NCBI RefSeq assembly: GCF_018977255.1
Contig: NW_024704755.1
Coordinates: forward strand, 15,562,001 to 15,626,000
Reading direction: 5' to 3'
Source of the DNA: Callorhinchus milii
Lineage: Eukaryota
Length of the DNA: 64,000 nt
Program-made: the position numbers and the translations under genes
In this document: one piece after another, positions 12,391-24,601 of the stretch
Position numbering within the stretch: the first letter of the stretch is position 1
Layout: each line of letters begins with the position of its first letter
The notes under the pieces: model-generated
Seen by the model: only the letters and a program-made list of their open reading frames with translations
Databases searched by the model: none
What the model was told of the DNA's origin: nothing

Positions 12391-14176
12391 AGCCAATCAA
12401 GGGGGCCTTTTTTTTCTTGAGGGATTATCATTAGGCGTGTGGAGTAAGGATACTTGCCCAAAGTTTCGCTCTGCCGGGAATCGAACCCAGGCCGCTCGCT
12501 TGAGAGGCGAGTGCTCAATAATAATAATAATAACCCTTGTATTTAATATAGCGCATTTCACTTCTACTAAACTTTCAAAGCGCTTCACAGAATATACTGT
12601 GAAGTGAATTGACTGTCCATTTGTGGGCAAACCCGTGTCCCTGTGATGAATGTCACACGTTACGTGATTTGAGTTACTTTGTTCATAGAATTGGCAGGAA
12701 CTGTCAGAAATCAATTAAAACACTGATTTATACCTCGGGATGTCCTCCCGATGTTATAGGCTTTATATAAATGAAATTTGATGTTGTTGGTTTTTTTAGA
12801 CTATGTGCCATGGGGGACAAACAAAGAAGGAAATTGCAACTCTATATTGAAATGAATTTGAGCAGACTTTATGCTACCTGAGTTTGTATCACCTTTACAA
12901 ATCACATGTAAGACTGTCAGATACAGAAAGTGAACCCTCGCTGTGTCTGACTCTGGCTCTGATGGGCTGTAACAAGTGAACGTAGATAATTTGTTAAAGA
13001 GTAGGTTGCTGTGACACAGACTTCCTGTTTCTTTGGGTTCATGAAATATAGCTGATGTGTAGTGTGCAATCCGAAACCACACTCCTACAGTAACAGTGAG
13101 AAAATAACTGCATCCTATTAATAGGAAAGAAAAGGCTGAACACATATCTAAACACATAAAGGTGTTCAGCGTCACTATTGACCTTGGGTGCTCTCTGCAA
13201 CTAGAAATGCTATTTTGAACCAATTAATAGAAAAGCCGCTAACAGATAGAAAATGCTAAAATCAACTGTGCTCTATGTTTAATCTGAGTGTCTGAATGTC
13301 TTGCAATGAAATCATTTCTTGACATTTTCAAATACAGCAGAACAATTAGGATTTCAACACTTCATTTTTTCATATTAGATTTTTTTTAAGCAATTCAATG
13401 ACATTTGAACAGGTCAACACCCAGGCCTCAACTTTTTCACTGTGTTGTTTCACTAATGCTGAAGAGACAGAGTGACCAGAGGAGACTGATTCATGTAATT
13501 TCTTTTTTTATTCAAAGGGTGATAGAATATGTTACACATTTCAGAGGTTCCTAACTTTTATATATATTCAGGTTTTATTTTTGTAGCAGTTAAAGGACAA
13601 TTCAAACCTCTTTGAGAGGCATACAACTAACTGGTTACCTTTAAATTGTTATCAGATTAAGACAAAAATGCTTTTTCGCAATTAAGTATTGTTATATCGA
13701 TATAGTAACCAATATTTTCCATGATTTTTGCTAAAGACAGATCACGTAACAAACTAATAAATGCAGTTACAGTTAAAAAAGGTGCAAGGAGCATTGCAGC
13801 ACGAGACTAAGGTGGCACATGACTCGGTAAATTGGAAAACTACATCTAATATACACCAGCAAAACACAAAATACTGCAGATGCTGGAATCTGAAACAAAA
13901 CAGAGAGAGCTGGGAAACCTCAGCAGGTCAGGCAGCATCTGTGGAGAAAGGAAAGTGAGTCAACGTTTCGGGTCCACGACCCATCGTCAGAATTTGAGAA
14001 AGGACAAGGGTTCTGACGAATATCAATATCAGTTCCTGAGCATGTTGAATTATTTGGATGTTGGTTTCCTGCAGATAGCTGCTGCTGCTCCTCTGTGGTT
14101 ACTCACATGCAAACTCTGTATCCTTAACTGAACTTTGAGGATTTCCTGTTTTTGAGAGATGTAAATCCAGAACAGT

Positions 14177-14212
14177 TTACGTCAGATTGTTCGCGGCTGC
14201 CCTTTGCTTGAC
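14177..14212 (-). CDS. Gene 2 terminal exon C, truncated (VKQRAAANNLT*)
   Basis: ttgccttttcag| acceptor; homologous to the gene 4 terminal exon, but the ITIM Tyr position is TAA and the downstream ITSM reads TEF. Confidence 0.6.
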   Translation of the reverse strand, partial: VKQRAAANNLT

Positions 14213-14672
14213 CTGAAAAGGCAATGTTTGAGAATTTAATTACATTAATTTGTTTTCCTCAGTCTTTAGAAATCTCCTCGAATATTTGCCAAATATTATT
14301 TACATCACCGCTTGCCCCATAGCTCATTAGATAAAGGCTCTGTACCTCACAGAACTGAGTTGAACAGAATCCAGGGGCTACAAATCTGTTCCTTATTGGA
14401 TTAGTTGCGCGTTGACAACAACATTGGCTGGGAAAGAAAAGTGAAAATCAACCAGGGTAGCAGTTGTTCAAATAATCTGGAGATTAGTGGGATTTTTTTT
14501 GCTAAACAGTGGCAGATTGCTGCCATCATTTCATAGCCCAAGTCAGCGACAGAGAGAGAAAAGATCAGAGGGGAAAGAAAGATTGACCACAGAAATATAC
14601 AAACTAGCTTATAATAAACAATGAAGTGAGTTCCACTATATAGAATGTAGAAAGAGAAATTCTCACATATAC

Positions 14673-14783
14673 CTGGGCATACACATCTCCTTCGTCTTGT
14701 TTTTTTGCTCTTGGAGTTTTCTTGCAACGATTCAAATCCATTTTGGCATAAGTCACTGACTCATTCTCAGCTCCCTGCAGCAT
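14673..14783 (-). CDS. Gene 2 exon 7, cassette B (VTYAKM ... DVYAQ)
   Basis: 111 nt, phase 0-0; tandem paralogue of cassette A, followed by a homologous intron segment. Confidence 0.75.
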
Positions 14784-15154
14784 CTGTAAGACAGACAGTA
14801 TAGATAGTTGGCTGATCAAAATGCCCTTATGAATAAATATTTTCACTTAAATTGAAAATATTAAAAATATAACTTCCAAATATTTTACCAGTGAAAATCA
14901 TCATGTTTAGCGCACACAATGACTAGTCTTTCACAAGAAAAAATTCTATTTGACTATACAGTGGCTGATTGCCGCCATAATATCACAGAACAGAATAGCG
15001 CCAGAGTCCTAATGAAGGACAATAAAAGATATACCACAAAAATGTATAAACTATCTTATATTAAACACTGAAGTGAGTCTCATTCTTTACCAAAGCAAAA
15101 AAATTCAACTGGAAGAAAAGGTTTCTGTTTCGATTTTGTATTTCTCAGATATAC

Positions 15155-15265
15155 CTGGGCGAACACAGTCCTCTCCTCTTGTCTTTCAGGTCTTGGAGTT
15201 TTTTTGGAACTGGCCAAATTCAATGTAACATAAGTAACCGGTTCGTTCTCTTCTCCGTGCTTCGT
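15155..15265 (-). CDS. Gene 2 exon 6, cassette A (ITIM VTYVTL; second motif TVFAQ with Tyr lost)
   Basis: 111 nt, phase 0-0, cag| acceptor, CAG|gtatat donor; read-through would end at the stop at 15080. Confidence 0.82.
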
Positions 15266-15573
15266 CTGTAGAACAGAATGTGATGACAACAAGAAAAATA
15301 CATGATAATTATTTTGTGCCATTCAAGTCGGGATGACGTCCTATGGCACTGATAGATTGTTGTCTTCACTGCTCTGGAAATTTTTGTGGAAATATTGATC
15401 TGAAAGACCTCGAGAATAAATATTTTCACAGCAGTTTATAATTTTTAACATATAGATGCATGTAGGGACTATATTTAAAATGGTATTAGTTCTTAATACT
15501 GAACAATATCTTTTCATTTCAAGAATTCTGTTTTCAGCTGAAGCATCTGCTGAAATTAATTTAATAAATTTAC

Positions 15574-15617
15574 CTGTTTTTCACAATGGTCCAATCTGTT
15601 CTGGTTTCTGTGTGAGC
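15574..15617 (-). CDS. Gene 2 exon 5, cytoplasmic linker GSHRNQNRLDHCEKQ
   Basis: 44 nt, phase 1 to 0 as needed to join the TM exon to the cassette exon; aag| acceptor, CAG|gtaaat donor; homologue in gene 3. Confidence 0.75.
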
Positions 15618-17269
15618 CTTAGAAAGAAATTCAATAAATTAAGTATTCACTCAATTCCCAAGTGCATCACATGATTTCAACTTCTTAACACATTTGCCCA
15701 CCCCCTTCTCTTATTCCTTCAAATGTATTGCCATCCATTGCTCCACACTCTGGAACTGCAGCTGCCTCTGGAACACCATCACTAAGTAACTCCGATTCCC
15801 TTCTTCACCGCCCCCTTTCTTGTTGATGGAAAAAACGAGAGAATAGATTCATTGTGATATGGAATATAAAACCAAAGAGGTATTGTTAAGATGAAAAAAC
15901 GTTGGTTAGACCAATTAGATGATTGTGTCCAGAATTTTTTACCCCACGTAGGAAAGATGTCAAGCAATGAATGGGGTAAAAAAGAGATTTACCAAATGAT
16001 GATAATAATAATAATAATAATAATAATCCTTGCATTTGATATAGCGAAGATGAGATGTATCACATCTATATATCACATATTTGGGATGTCTCAATGTGTT
16101 TCACAGAATAGACTGTAACGTGAATTGACTGTATATTTGTAGTTAAAATGCAGAAGCCAATTGCTCACAGCAGTGTCCCACAAACAGCCATGGTTTGAAG
16201 TGACCAATTTATTATTGTTTTATTTTCTTGAGGGATTAATATCAGGCATGTGGAGTAAGGAAACTTGCCCAAGGTTTCACTCTGCTGGGAATCAAACCCA
16301 GGTCTCTCGCTTGCAAAGCGAGTACTTTGACCGTTGAGTTCCACGAACCAGGCAAGATTGGTGTGACTAATGAGTAGAGACTGGAACAACAGGGATATTT
16401 CTCCTTGGAATAAAGAGGTTTTAATGCTGACCCAATAGAGGTCTTTAAAATTATGAGGGGTTTTGATAGCATCAGTGGAGAATTTATTTCCAATGGTAAG
16501 TGATTCAGTGACAAGAAGACAGTGGTTAAGATAACTATAAAATGGCAAATAGTGGGGCAAGGAGGTTTTTTTTCTACACACAGACAAGTCAGGATATCCT
16601 GTTGAGTGCTACGGTTGAGGTAAAATGCACATTCACTTTCAAAATGAAGAAATAACCTAAAATGAGTTAATTGGATGAGTAATGGAGAAAAATAGGTAAA
16701 TTGGGACTAAAAGCATTGCTCTTAAAAGATAGCACAGACACTATGGACGGAATGTGACTGTATGCAGATCATACTCCTGTGTAAATTTGTATCGTTCTAT
16801 CCAGTTCAAAATTTACGTCTTCCTCTTTCATAGTTTTAGAGGTCTTTCCTGTACCCACAATCCAATTCCACCACCAAATGGGGTGCCGATCCAAGCAGTG
16901 TCAATCATTTGGGATCTTCCATAAGAAATGAATAGTGCTATATAAATGTGAATTTATACTGTACCATTAAATATTTCCCTTACTCCTTTGGTTCCCCATA
17001 TAAAAAAGAATATGAAGATCTTTGTCACATTTTCCAGGAATATCTTGAAATTGTCACGCAATCAATTTATTGTTGAGAAATCCTGTTTTGCCATATTGGG
17101 ACCAGAATCCTAAAGGTTCTAGCATCGCATTTCTGCTGATACCTGATGCTTCTCTCCAATTATATAAAAATCTGGTCGGGCACAATTTCTAGCTTTGTGG
17201 ATGAGACAAAAGTGAAGATTATTGTAATTTCATTGAAGAGATATAAGAACTACAACAACAACATTACAT

Positions 17270-17760
17270 TTGTAATGTGCCACTCACATCGGGAGGATGT
17301 CCCAAGGCACAGATCAGTCAAGGATCAGGACCCGAGCGTAAGGGGTAGGTTTGGGATGAGGGAGGGCAGAGGGTGTAGGAGGGCAGCTGAATGCACTGTC
17401 AAAAGTGTCTTGAGTCGGGCCTTGAAGGAGGCAAGAGAGGGAGCAAGGCAAAGGTATTGTGGGCTGGAGATCCACAGAGTGGGGGCAGCGAAGCTGAAAG
17501 CCCGGTTGCCGATGTTATGGCGAGGCGGGCGGGAGACCTGGAGCAGGCCAGAGCCTGTTGCTCGGAGAGAGGGAACAGGCTTATAGGGGATCAGCAGGTC
17601 AGAGATGAAGGACTGGGCAAGGCCATGGAGGGCCTTGAAAGTAAGGCCAAGGATTTTGAATTCTATTCTCTGGGAGACGGTGAGCCAGTGGAGCCAATCA
17701 AGGGTGCAGGTGATGGGGGCACGGAGCCTGGTGCAGGAGAGGACATGAGCTCCAGAGTTC
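17270..17760 (-). mobile_element. L2 3' fragment
   Basis: Same family as 4045-5030 and 5745-6390. Confidence 0.75.
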
Positions 17761-18095
17761 CAGGTGTGCCAGGTGTGGTCTCACCAGGGCCGTATACAAT
17801 TGCGGCAAGACTTCCCTACTCTTATACTCTAATCTTTTCATAATGAATGCTAACATACCGTTCGCCTTCCTAATTGCTTGCTGCACCTTCAGACTAACTT
17901 TCTGTATTTGGTGTACAAGGACATCCAAGTCCCTCTGGAGGCTAACACATTCCAATCTCTCCGCTTCTAAAAAATAACCCGCTCTACTGTTTTTGCTACC
18001 TAGGTGGATGACTTCGCACTTCCCTACATTATACTTCATCTGCCACCTACCTGCCCAATCACCTAACCTATCTATGTCTCGCTGCATTTTTTTAA
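17760..18095 (-). mobile_element. CR1 RT fragment nested in L2
   Basis: QRDIDRLGDWAGRWQMKYNVGKCEVIHLG...LYTALVRPHL. Confidence 0.9.
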
Positions 18096-18693
18096 TGTCA
18101 TCCTCTGTGTTGACACTTCCTTTTAGTTTTGTGTTATAAAGTTCTGGATGATCTGCTGCTTGTGAGGGGAGGCTGACAAGGAGGAACTAGAAGATTTCAC
18201 AGAGAGAGAGATGGCAGGTGAAATTAAATCCGGAAAACTAGGCATTTGGGAATGTGTAACCAGGTGAGTGGTCTAACAGGATGCTGCAGGTGAAAGTGGC
18301 CCAGACAGAATCTGCCTTTTCTAAATTAATATATTTTCTAAAATTAATTAATTAAGCAGAAAGCTGAAAAAAAACAGGTGAATGGGGCGTGAATTCTTTA
18401 AGGATCGAACAGAGATACAATGGGCTGAATGGCCTTCTATGATGTAAATTTCTGTAGTTCAATCACAACAGATTTCTGACATTCGTTCAGACGTGAAGCT
18501 AAATGTATACAGCATGAGTTTCTGTGAGGACATTTGCAATTGTGAATCAATCTCAACCTATTAATCATTTGCACAGCTTTACAGGATGTCAAGATTCCTC
18601 TCATTGTGACCTGAGATCCTCTAAACTATGAAATAAACTTCATTTAAATTAATAAAATACAATTAAACTAAATAAAATAGGAATATATTTTAC

Positions 18694-18807
18694 CTTTCCT
18701 TTTGTTTAATTGGCATAGTTTCCCAATTATGATCAAAAGCAGCAGAAATGCCAGCCCTCCCCCTGCACATCCACCGATCAGCTTATGAAGACATTGAGAA
18801 CCATTCC
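18694..18807 (-). CDS. Gene 2 exon 4, transmembrane exon
   Basis: 114 nt, phase 1-1: GNGSQCLHKLIGGCAGGGLAFLLLLIIIGKLCQLNKRK. Hydrophobic span with no charged residue, followed by a basic stop-transfer sequence. Confidence 0.9.
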
Positions 18808-19668
18808 CTACAAGAACAACATACATTGAGTGTGTTAATGACCCCAGCAATGAGTTATACCTCATTATCTACACAGTGCATCGGATCAGAGATGTTTACG
18901 CAGATTTGTTTTTAAAACATACTGTAAAACGTGTCCTGGCAGATCAGTTGCTCTAATGGTCAAAAATCAGCCAGTGGAGTTCTTCAGCAAGATTTAGAGT
19001 CACAGGCCAAGCATTGGGGGGGGGTGGGGGGGGGTTGCATACTCCAACTGTACTACAAACCATACTCTGGATTTTCTTATCCATGATTCTAGCCAACCTG
19101 CATCAAATGCTCTTCCGATTATATAAGGTGAGTTCCTCCAGGGAGACAAAGCTCATCCCATTCTAGAGGTGGATGCCATTATGATCAATCATATTTTCAT
19201 TTGACATCTTATCGTGCAGAAAAGCCTCAAAAGCACATCAACAACAACAAGATTCCATTTATAGAGCGCCTTTCACGTCGGGAGGACGTCCCAAGGTGCT
19301 GTACAGTTGGGTCAGGACATCACATAATGACTTTATTATAATGTAGTAAATATATAGGCAAAGTATTCCCTATAATAGGAACAAAGTAGGACATACTGCA
19401 ATTTAAGATGTAAATTTGATGCCCTCATTTCTAAGTGAGCAGAAGCTAAGAACTTGAAACTTTTTGAAATTGTTGAAGAGAATTTAACAGACTCTAAAAG
19501 ACTAAAGGGTAAATTTGAAGAATGACATTTGAAGTTGAACGTTATTTTACAAATATTACTACGGAGTATTCCGCAAGAAAACTACATCATTATAATTTTC
19601 TGTGTAAATAAATGTAAATAATCTACGACTAACAATTTAGTTAGTAACAATTGTCTTCAGCAAATTAC

Positions 19669-19974
19669 CTTTGGATTTACCAACCGTGTAGACAGCAACC
19701 ACTGGAATCCGGAGGCTTACGTGAGTTGCCAGACAGATATAAACAGCCCCGCTCTGTACAGGCTGTGTGTCTTCCATAGAGCTTGAAGCTTTGTAAAGTC
19801 CCTTTGAATTCTTTTCTTCAGTGAAATCTATCCCAGTTTTAACTTCATTGCCATCTTTATTCCAGGTGAGCGTTACATCTCCCGGGTAGAACTCAGCCGT
19901 TTCACACACAAGAATCAGAGACTTTGAATCTCTTTCAGAATCTCTGGGGAATATCTTCAGTGGGGTTGGGGGGA
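19669..19974 (-). CDS. Gene 2 exon 3, Ig C1-set domain
   Basis: 306 nt, phase 1-1: VPPTPLKIFP...LVCETAEFYPGDVTLTWNKDG...YICLATHVSL. The FYP, W and CxxxH motifs are C1-set hallmarks. Confidence 0.92.
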
Positions 19975-21527
19975 CTGTTGGGCAGACAGTGAAGCAGAAT
20001 CATGTTACTTGTGATCAGCTGAAATATAAAACTTCTTTCTCATTTGAATTTTATATTAACTCTTTCCTTGGAACATAATAGAAAGGGATCTGGATTGTAA
20101 CGGCAAGAAAGTGTCATTTTAAAAAGTGTTTGTGTCTTTTGTTTGTAATGATGTGTTCAGTTTAGGAGATATAGTAGACTTGGAGGGGCTAAAGAAGTGA
20201 AGGAGGTCATAATCTTAATATTGTGGCTCTCAGAAGCGATGTGGAATCCTTCTCATCACATGGAATATTGTGAAGTTGTGGGATAAAGACCCACAAGTGG
20301 CCTTAGATGCAGATTGCAGTGGGATATTTCAAAGGGAGGTAGATACAAGTTTTAAAGTATTTGCAGAGTAGCGCAGAAATTGGATTAAATACAAAGCCAC
20401 TATTCTTGAGACACAACAACCTGCAGTTATGTACGCAGGATTGTGTCCCAAAGAAAAATGGAGCTTCCACCATCAATAGACGTATAAACAAAACTCCCTG
20501 TTCACACCAACATTAATTTTGTTCCAACACAGAATTCGCAGGGAAACCTCAGTAGGTCAGGCAGCATCTATGGAGAAAGAAAAGTGAGTCAACGTTTCGG
20601 GTCCATGACTCTTCATTGGGATGAAGGTTCGTGGCCCCTGAACGTTGGCTCACTTTCCATTCCCCAAAGATGCTGTCTGACCTGCTGAGTATTCCCAGCG
20701 ACTTCTGTTTTTGTTTCAGATTTCCAGCATCTGCAATATTTTGCATTTGGATTAATTTTGTTCAGCTTTATTTCTTTGAAGTGTATAATTTTCCAACTAA
20801 TTTATAACAGTTACAATAGATTCTTCGAAATCATTTCATGGCTGTTTGTGGGACATTGCTGTGCGCAAAATGTTCAGGTTATCTAAAATGTTAGCTTCTG
20901 CCTTTTGCATTAATAATAATAATCCTTGCATTTGATGTAGCATCTTAGACATTGTTAAGACGGCTCAAATCGTTGCGCATAATATGCTGTGAAGAGGATT
21001 AATTATGTATTTGTAGACAAAATTCAGAAAAAGTATGTGAGTCAGTAAATTGTAATTGGAACACACATGGAAGAGATTCTGATGAATAATAACCCTAATA
21101 ATAATTCTTAACTTTGAGGGAGTTTTTCACGCTGAGAGGAACAACTCAAAGCATTTTTGAGTTTTGAGGGATTCATTGGCCAGAACACAGCAAGGAAGAA
21201 TTTCTATTCTCTTTTCTAACAGTACCATGGGGTCTTTAACATCCACCTGAACAAGCAGAAGGGACTTCGGTTTAATGCCTCATCCCAATAGCGGGAAGAC
21301 TTAGAGCGCTTCCCGAGCATTGCATTGGATTGTCAGCGACGTGGGGCAATCTTTATGAATGCGTTCAGGATAGAATAAAATATCATATCTAGCTGTAGCA
21401 GTATGGAGGATGGTAGATGTTTGAAATCGTAGCTTATTGCAATTATTCAGCAACTCAACTTCACACTTTGTTGTGTTTCACTGGCTTAGATCAGTACAAC
21501 AATAAACGTTCGATAAAGTTGCTCCCC

Positions 21528-21715
21528 AACAGCCCCCCCACCCCACCCCCATGCCACCAGCCCTGCCACCCCCACCAGCCCCCCCCACCACCACCCTACC
21601 AGCTCCCCCAACCCCCCTCCACCACCACCCCACCAGCCCCCCCACCCCCACCACCCAACCAGCCCCCACGCCCCCACACCACCACCCAACCAGACCTCCA
21701 CCCGCCCCAATCCCT
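21528..21715 (+). repeat. C-rich (CCA/CCC)n low-complexity tract (G-rich on the gene's sense strand)
   Basis: Directly visible; runs into an L2-type tail at 21720-21810. Confidence 0.9.
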
Positions 21716-21842
21716 ACCCTCAGCTCGGGTCCGAAGCTCTGTCTGTCCAGTGCCTTGGGACATCCTCGCGAAGTGAAAGGCGCTTTACAAATGTGTTTTT
21801 GTTGTTGCTATTGTTCTCTGTTACTATTGCCTTCACACTTAC

Positions 21843-22142
21843 CTTTTACAATTAAACGTGATCCAGTTCCATTCCCTGCTATTGTCCCCTGATGGACCAC
21901 TGCACAGAGATAGACTCCTGAGTCGTGGAAACTCACGTTTAGGAGCTGGAATGATTTGGAATAAAATATTTTCCTGTTGTCAGGTTTTGAATGTAAATAT
22001 TCACTCTCTCCTTGCTTCCACCAATGAAGTGTTACATTTGAATTGTGTTGATTTTCGCCAAGCTTGCAGATGAATGTAACGTTTTCACCTTGCAATAGAT
22101 TCTTTTTTGCAGGGTATTGAATCACTGATGCATCACCAGCAA
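21843..22142 (-). CDS. Gene 2 exon 2, VJ-type Ig V domain
   Basis: 300 nt, phase 1-1, tag|TT acceptor and G|gtaagt donor. Motifs VTFIC, LHWWKQ, DSGVYLC and G-strand GNGTGSRLIV. Lies within ORF 21808-22191. Confidence 0.93.
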
Positions 22143-22338
22143 CTATCAGGAAAGGAATTAATCTATAATTAGTGATCATCGAGAGCGACAAAAAAACGGA
22201 GAGAAGGAGAGAAAAAGTGGAAGAAAGTTAGAGGAAGGGAAAGACGTATTCAAGTATTGTAAGTATTAACTATACACATTTTGAAAATCTTCATCTATAT
22301 TTTTTGTATTTAAACTGTGCAATAGTAAAATTACATAC

Positions 22339-22393
22339 CTGTGGCAATAATCCCAATAAGAGAAAGGTATGGGATCACTTCACTCGCCATCAT
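22339..22393 (-). CDS. Gene 2 exon 1, leader MMASEVIPYLSLIGIIAT(G)
   Basis: ATG at 22393, 55 nt, phase-1 donor AG|gtatgt; homologous to the gene 1 and gene 3 leaders. Confidence 0.85.
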
Positions 22394-22485
22394 TGTGATC
22401 ATTTGTACAGACTCACCCTGAACCAGTTGCTGGTGTAACAAACCTTTGCTGATTGTTTAATATGAAATATTTCGCAGTGTCTTGT

Positions 22486-22495
22486 CACTTCCTGT
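22486..22495 (-). promoter_or_regulatory. ETS-family site ACAGGAAGTG about 93 bp upstream of the gene 2 ATG
   Basis: A GGAA core lies at the same position in gene 3 (37530-37537) and gene 4 (52338-52345). Confidence 0.5.
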
Positions 22496-24601
22496 ATCCA
22501 TGCTTCGAAGGTGTGTTGGAACTGATTGGCAAAGAGATTTGTACCTTTATAGGAGTTGTAACGTGAATAAATAATATAGTTACTGATTCACGTTTATAAC
22601 AAGTAACTATATCACAAAAAAGCTGAAATACAGATCTAAAAAAAACACCATTTACTTCAGTTTAATAAAACTAACCATTGCATTTGATATAGCACGTACT
22701 GGAGATGTGTCAAAGCCCTTCACAGAATATACTGTCAAGTGAATTGACTGTACATTTTGTGTGGGAAACGTTAATAAAGCAAAGGTTAGTTTAACATCAG
22801 TTTTAGACTACACCATGAGAATCTGACGAATCTAATGAAAGGACACAGATCACAAATAGAAAGCCAACTGCAAAGATTGGAATAATTTAAAGTTATGAGC
22901 AAATGTATAAAATTTCATCTGGAACCTGAGCAGTAAGTGCATTACCATGTTGAATATCATTCCATATTTTATTCAATGCAATTCAAAATCATGAATACAA
23001 ATCTGACGATTTCAGTAAAAATGCATTATGGATCAGGTTTGGAACATATTTAGTAAAAGTTTAAGGATAGATTTGACAGAAATAAAATATAGTTTTCTAT
23101 TTTCATAAAGTCACATTTATCTTCCTTACAACTGCTACAATCACATGAACAGCTTCTCTCTATAAATACAATCAAATATATAGCTCACGATACCAACGGT
23201 CCAGGTGAATTAGAGAAGTAACTAAATGATAATAATAATGATTCAACTAGTAATAAAATAATAACACTTGTAAAAAATAATAATAACCCTTTACACAAGG
23301 TTGATGGAATGAAAGCGCTTCACGTGGTTTTTTGTGTGTGTTTTAAGCGCAGTTGGCATCTTATTTGCACACAACAATATACCATAAACAACTATGAAGT
23401 GAATGACTAATTTTCTTTGGGGAATTGTTGGTCAAGATACCCAGAGAACCGCTTTCCCTTTAGGATCAATGCGATGAGATCTTTAACTTCCACCTGAACA
23501 GGCAGCACGGAACTTGTTTCAACGTCTTATCGAAAGGATAAGAACAACAAGTTGGATATATATAGCCCCCATCACGCGAGGGTAGAGGCTCCGAGGGTCT
23601 GGAACTACAGCTACGACAATACAGAACTCAGCCATTACACCATTGGAGCATCAGCCGAGAATTGTAGCTCAAAGTCTCAATTTTCGATTTGAACCAACAA
23701 ACTTCTGATTCAGAGGTGTTGAGAGAAAGGAAAGATAGAGTGTAAATAAAGATGGCCTTTGTCCCTGTGTTGACCATCACACGTTAGGGGATTTGAGTCA
23801 CTTTGTTCGTAGAGTTGCCAGCAACTGTCAGAAAATCAGTTCAAACACTTATTTACGCCTCGAGGCGTCCTCCCGACGTGAAAGGTTGTCAATAAAATTT
23901 GTTGTTGATTTCTTAGATTAAGTGCCATGGACAAAATGAAGGAGCAAAAGAGGAAAATATCGTAACTATATTGAAACAAATTTGCGCACATTTATGGATC
24001 CTGAAGATAAACACATATCTTTTAAACATCATATATGTAAGACAGACAAGTATAGAAAGGCAACATTCACTGTATCTGTCTCTGATGGTAATAACACGCA
24101 AATGTGGATAATTTGATAGAGTAGGTTGCTGTGACACTGACTTCCTGCTTCTTTGGATTCGTGAAATGTAACTGGTGTGGTGGATGCAATGTGAATCCAC
24201 ACGTTTACAGTAACAATGTGAAAATAACAGCGCATCCTATTAATAGCAGAGAAAAAGCTGAACATATATCTAAACGGAAAAAAAGCAGTGTTCAGTGTCG
24301 CTATTGAGCTCGCAGTGTTTTCTGCAATGGAAAAGATTGTTTTGAGCATCAAGCCATCAAGTTAGTAGTTTCAGAAACCAATTCAGTGGAGTATCTCTTC
24401 TGATAGTTGGCCTTTTGGCGCGAGCATCTGGAGGATTGTCTCTCTGCAGAGCTGAGCAGACCTTATTCCAGACCGGTAAAACCCCCGGGGGCATCGTCCT
24501 CCCAGAGGAGCTCTGCTTGGGTATGTGGGAGCAGATAGTCCATGGCGCATGTCTTTACACAGAGGAAACCAGGTTCCATAACATGTGCAAACTTGTTTCT
24601 A

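Noticed and set aside
21417-21892. Pro-rich and Gly-rich ORFs
   Set aside because: They are a low-complexity C-rich repeat within an intron; no splice context.
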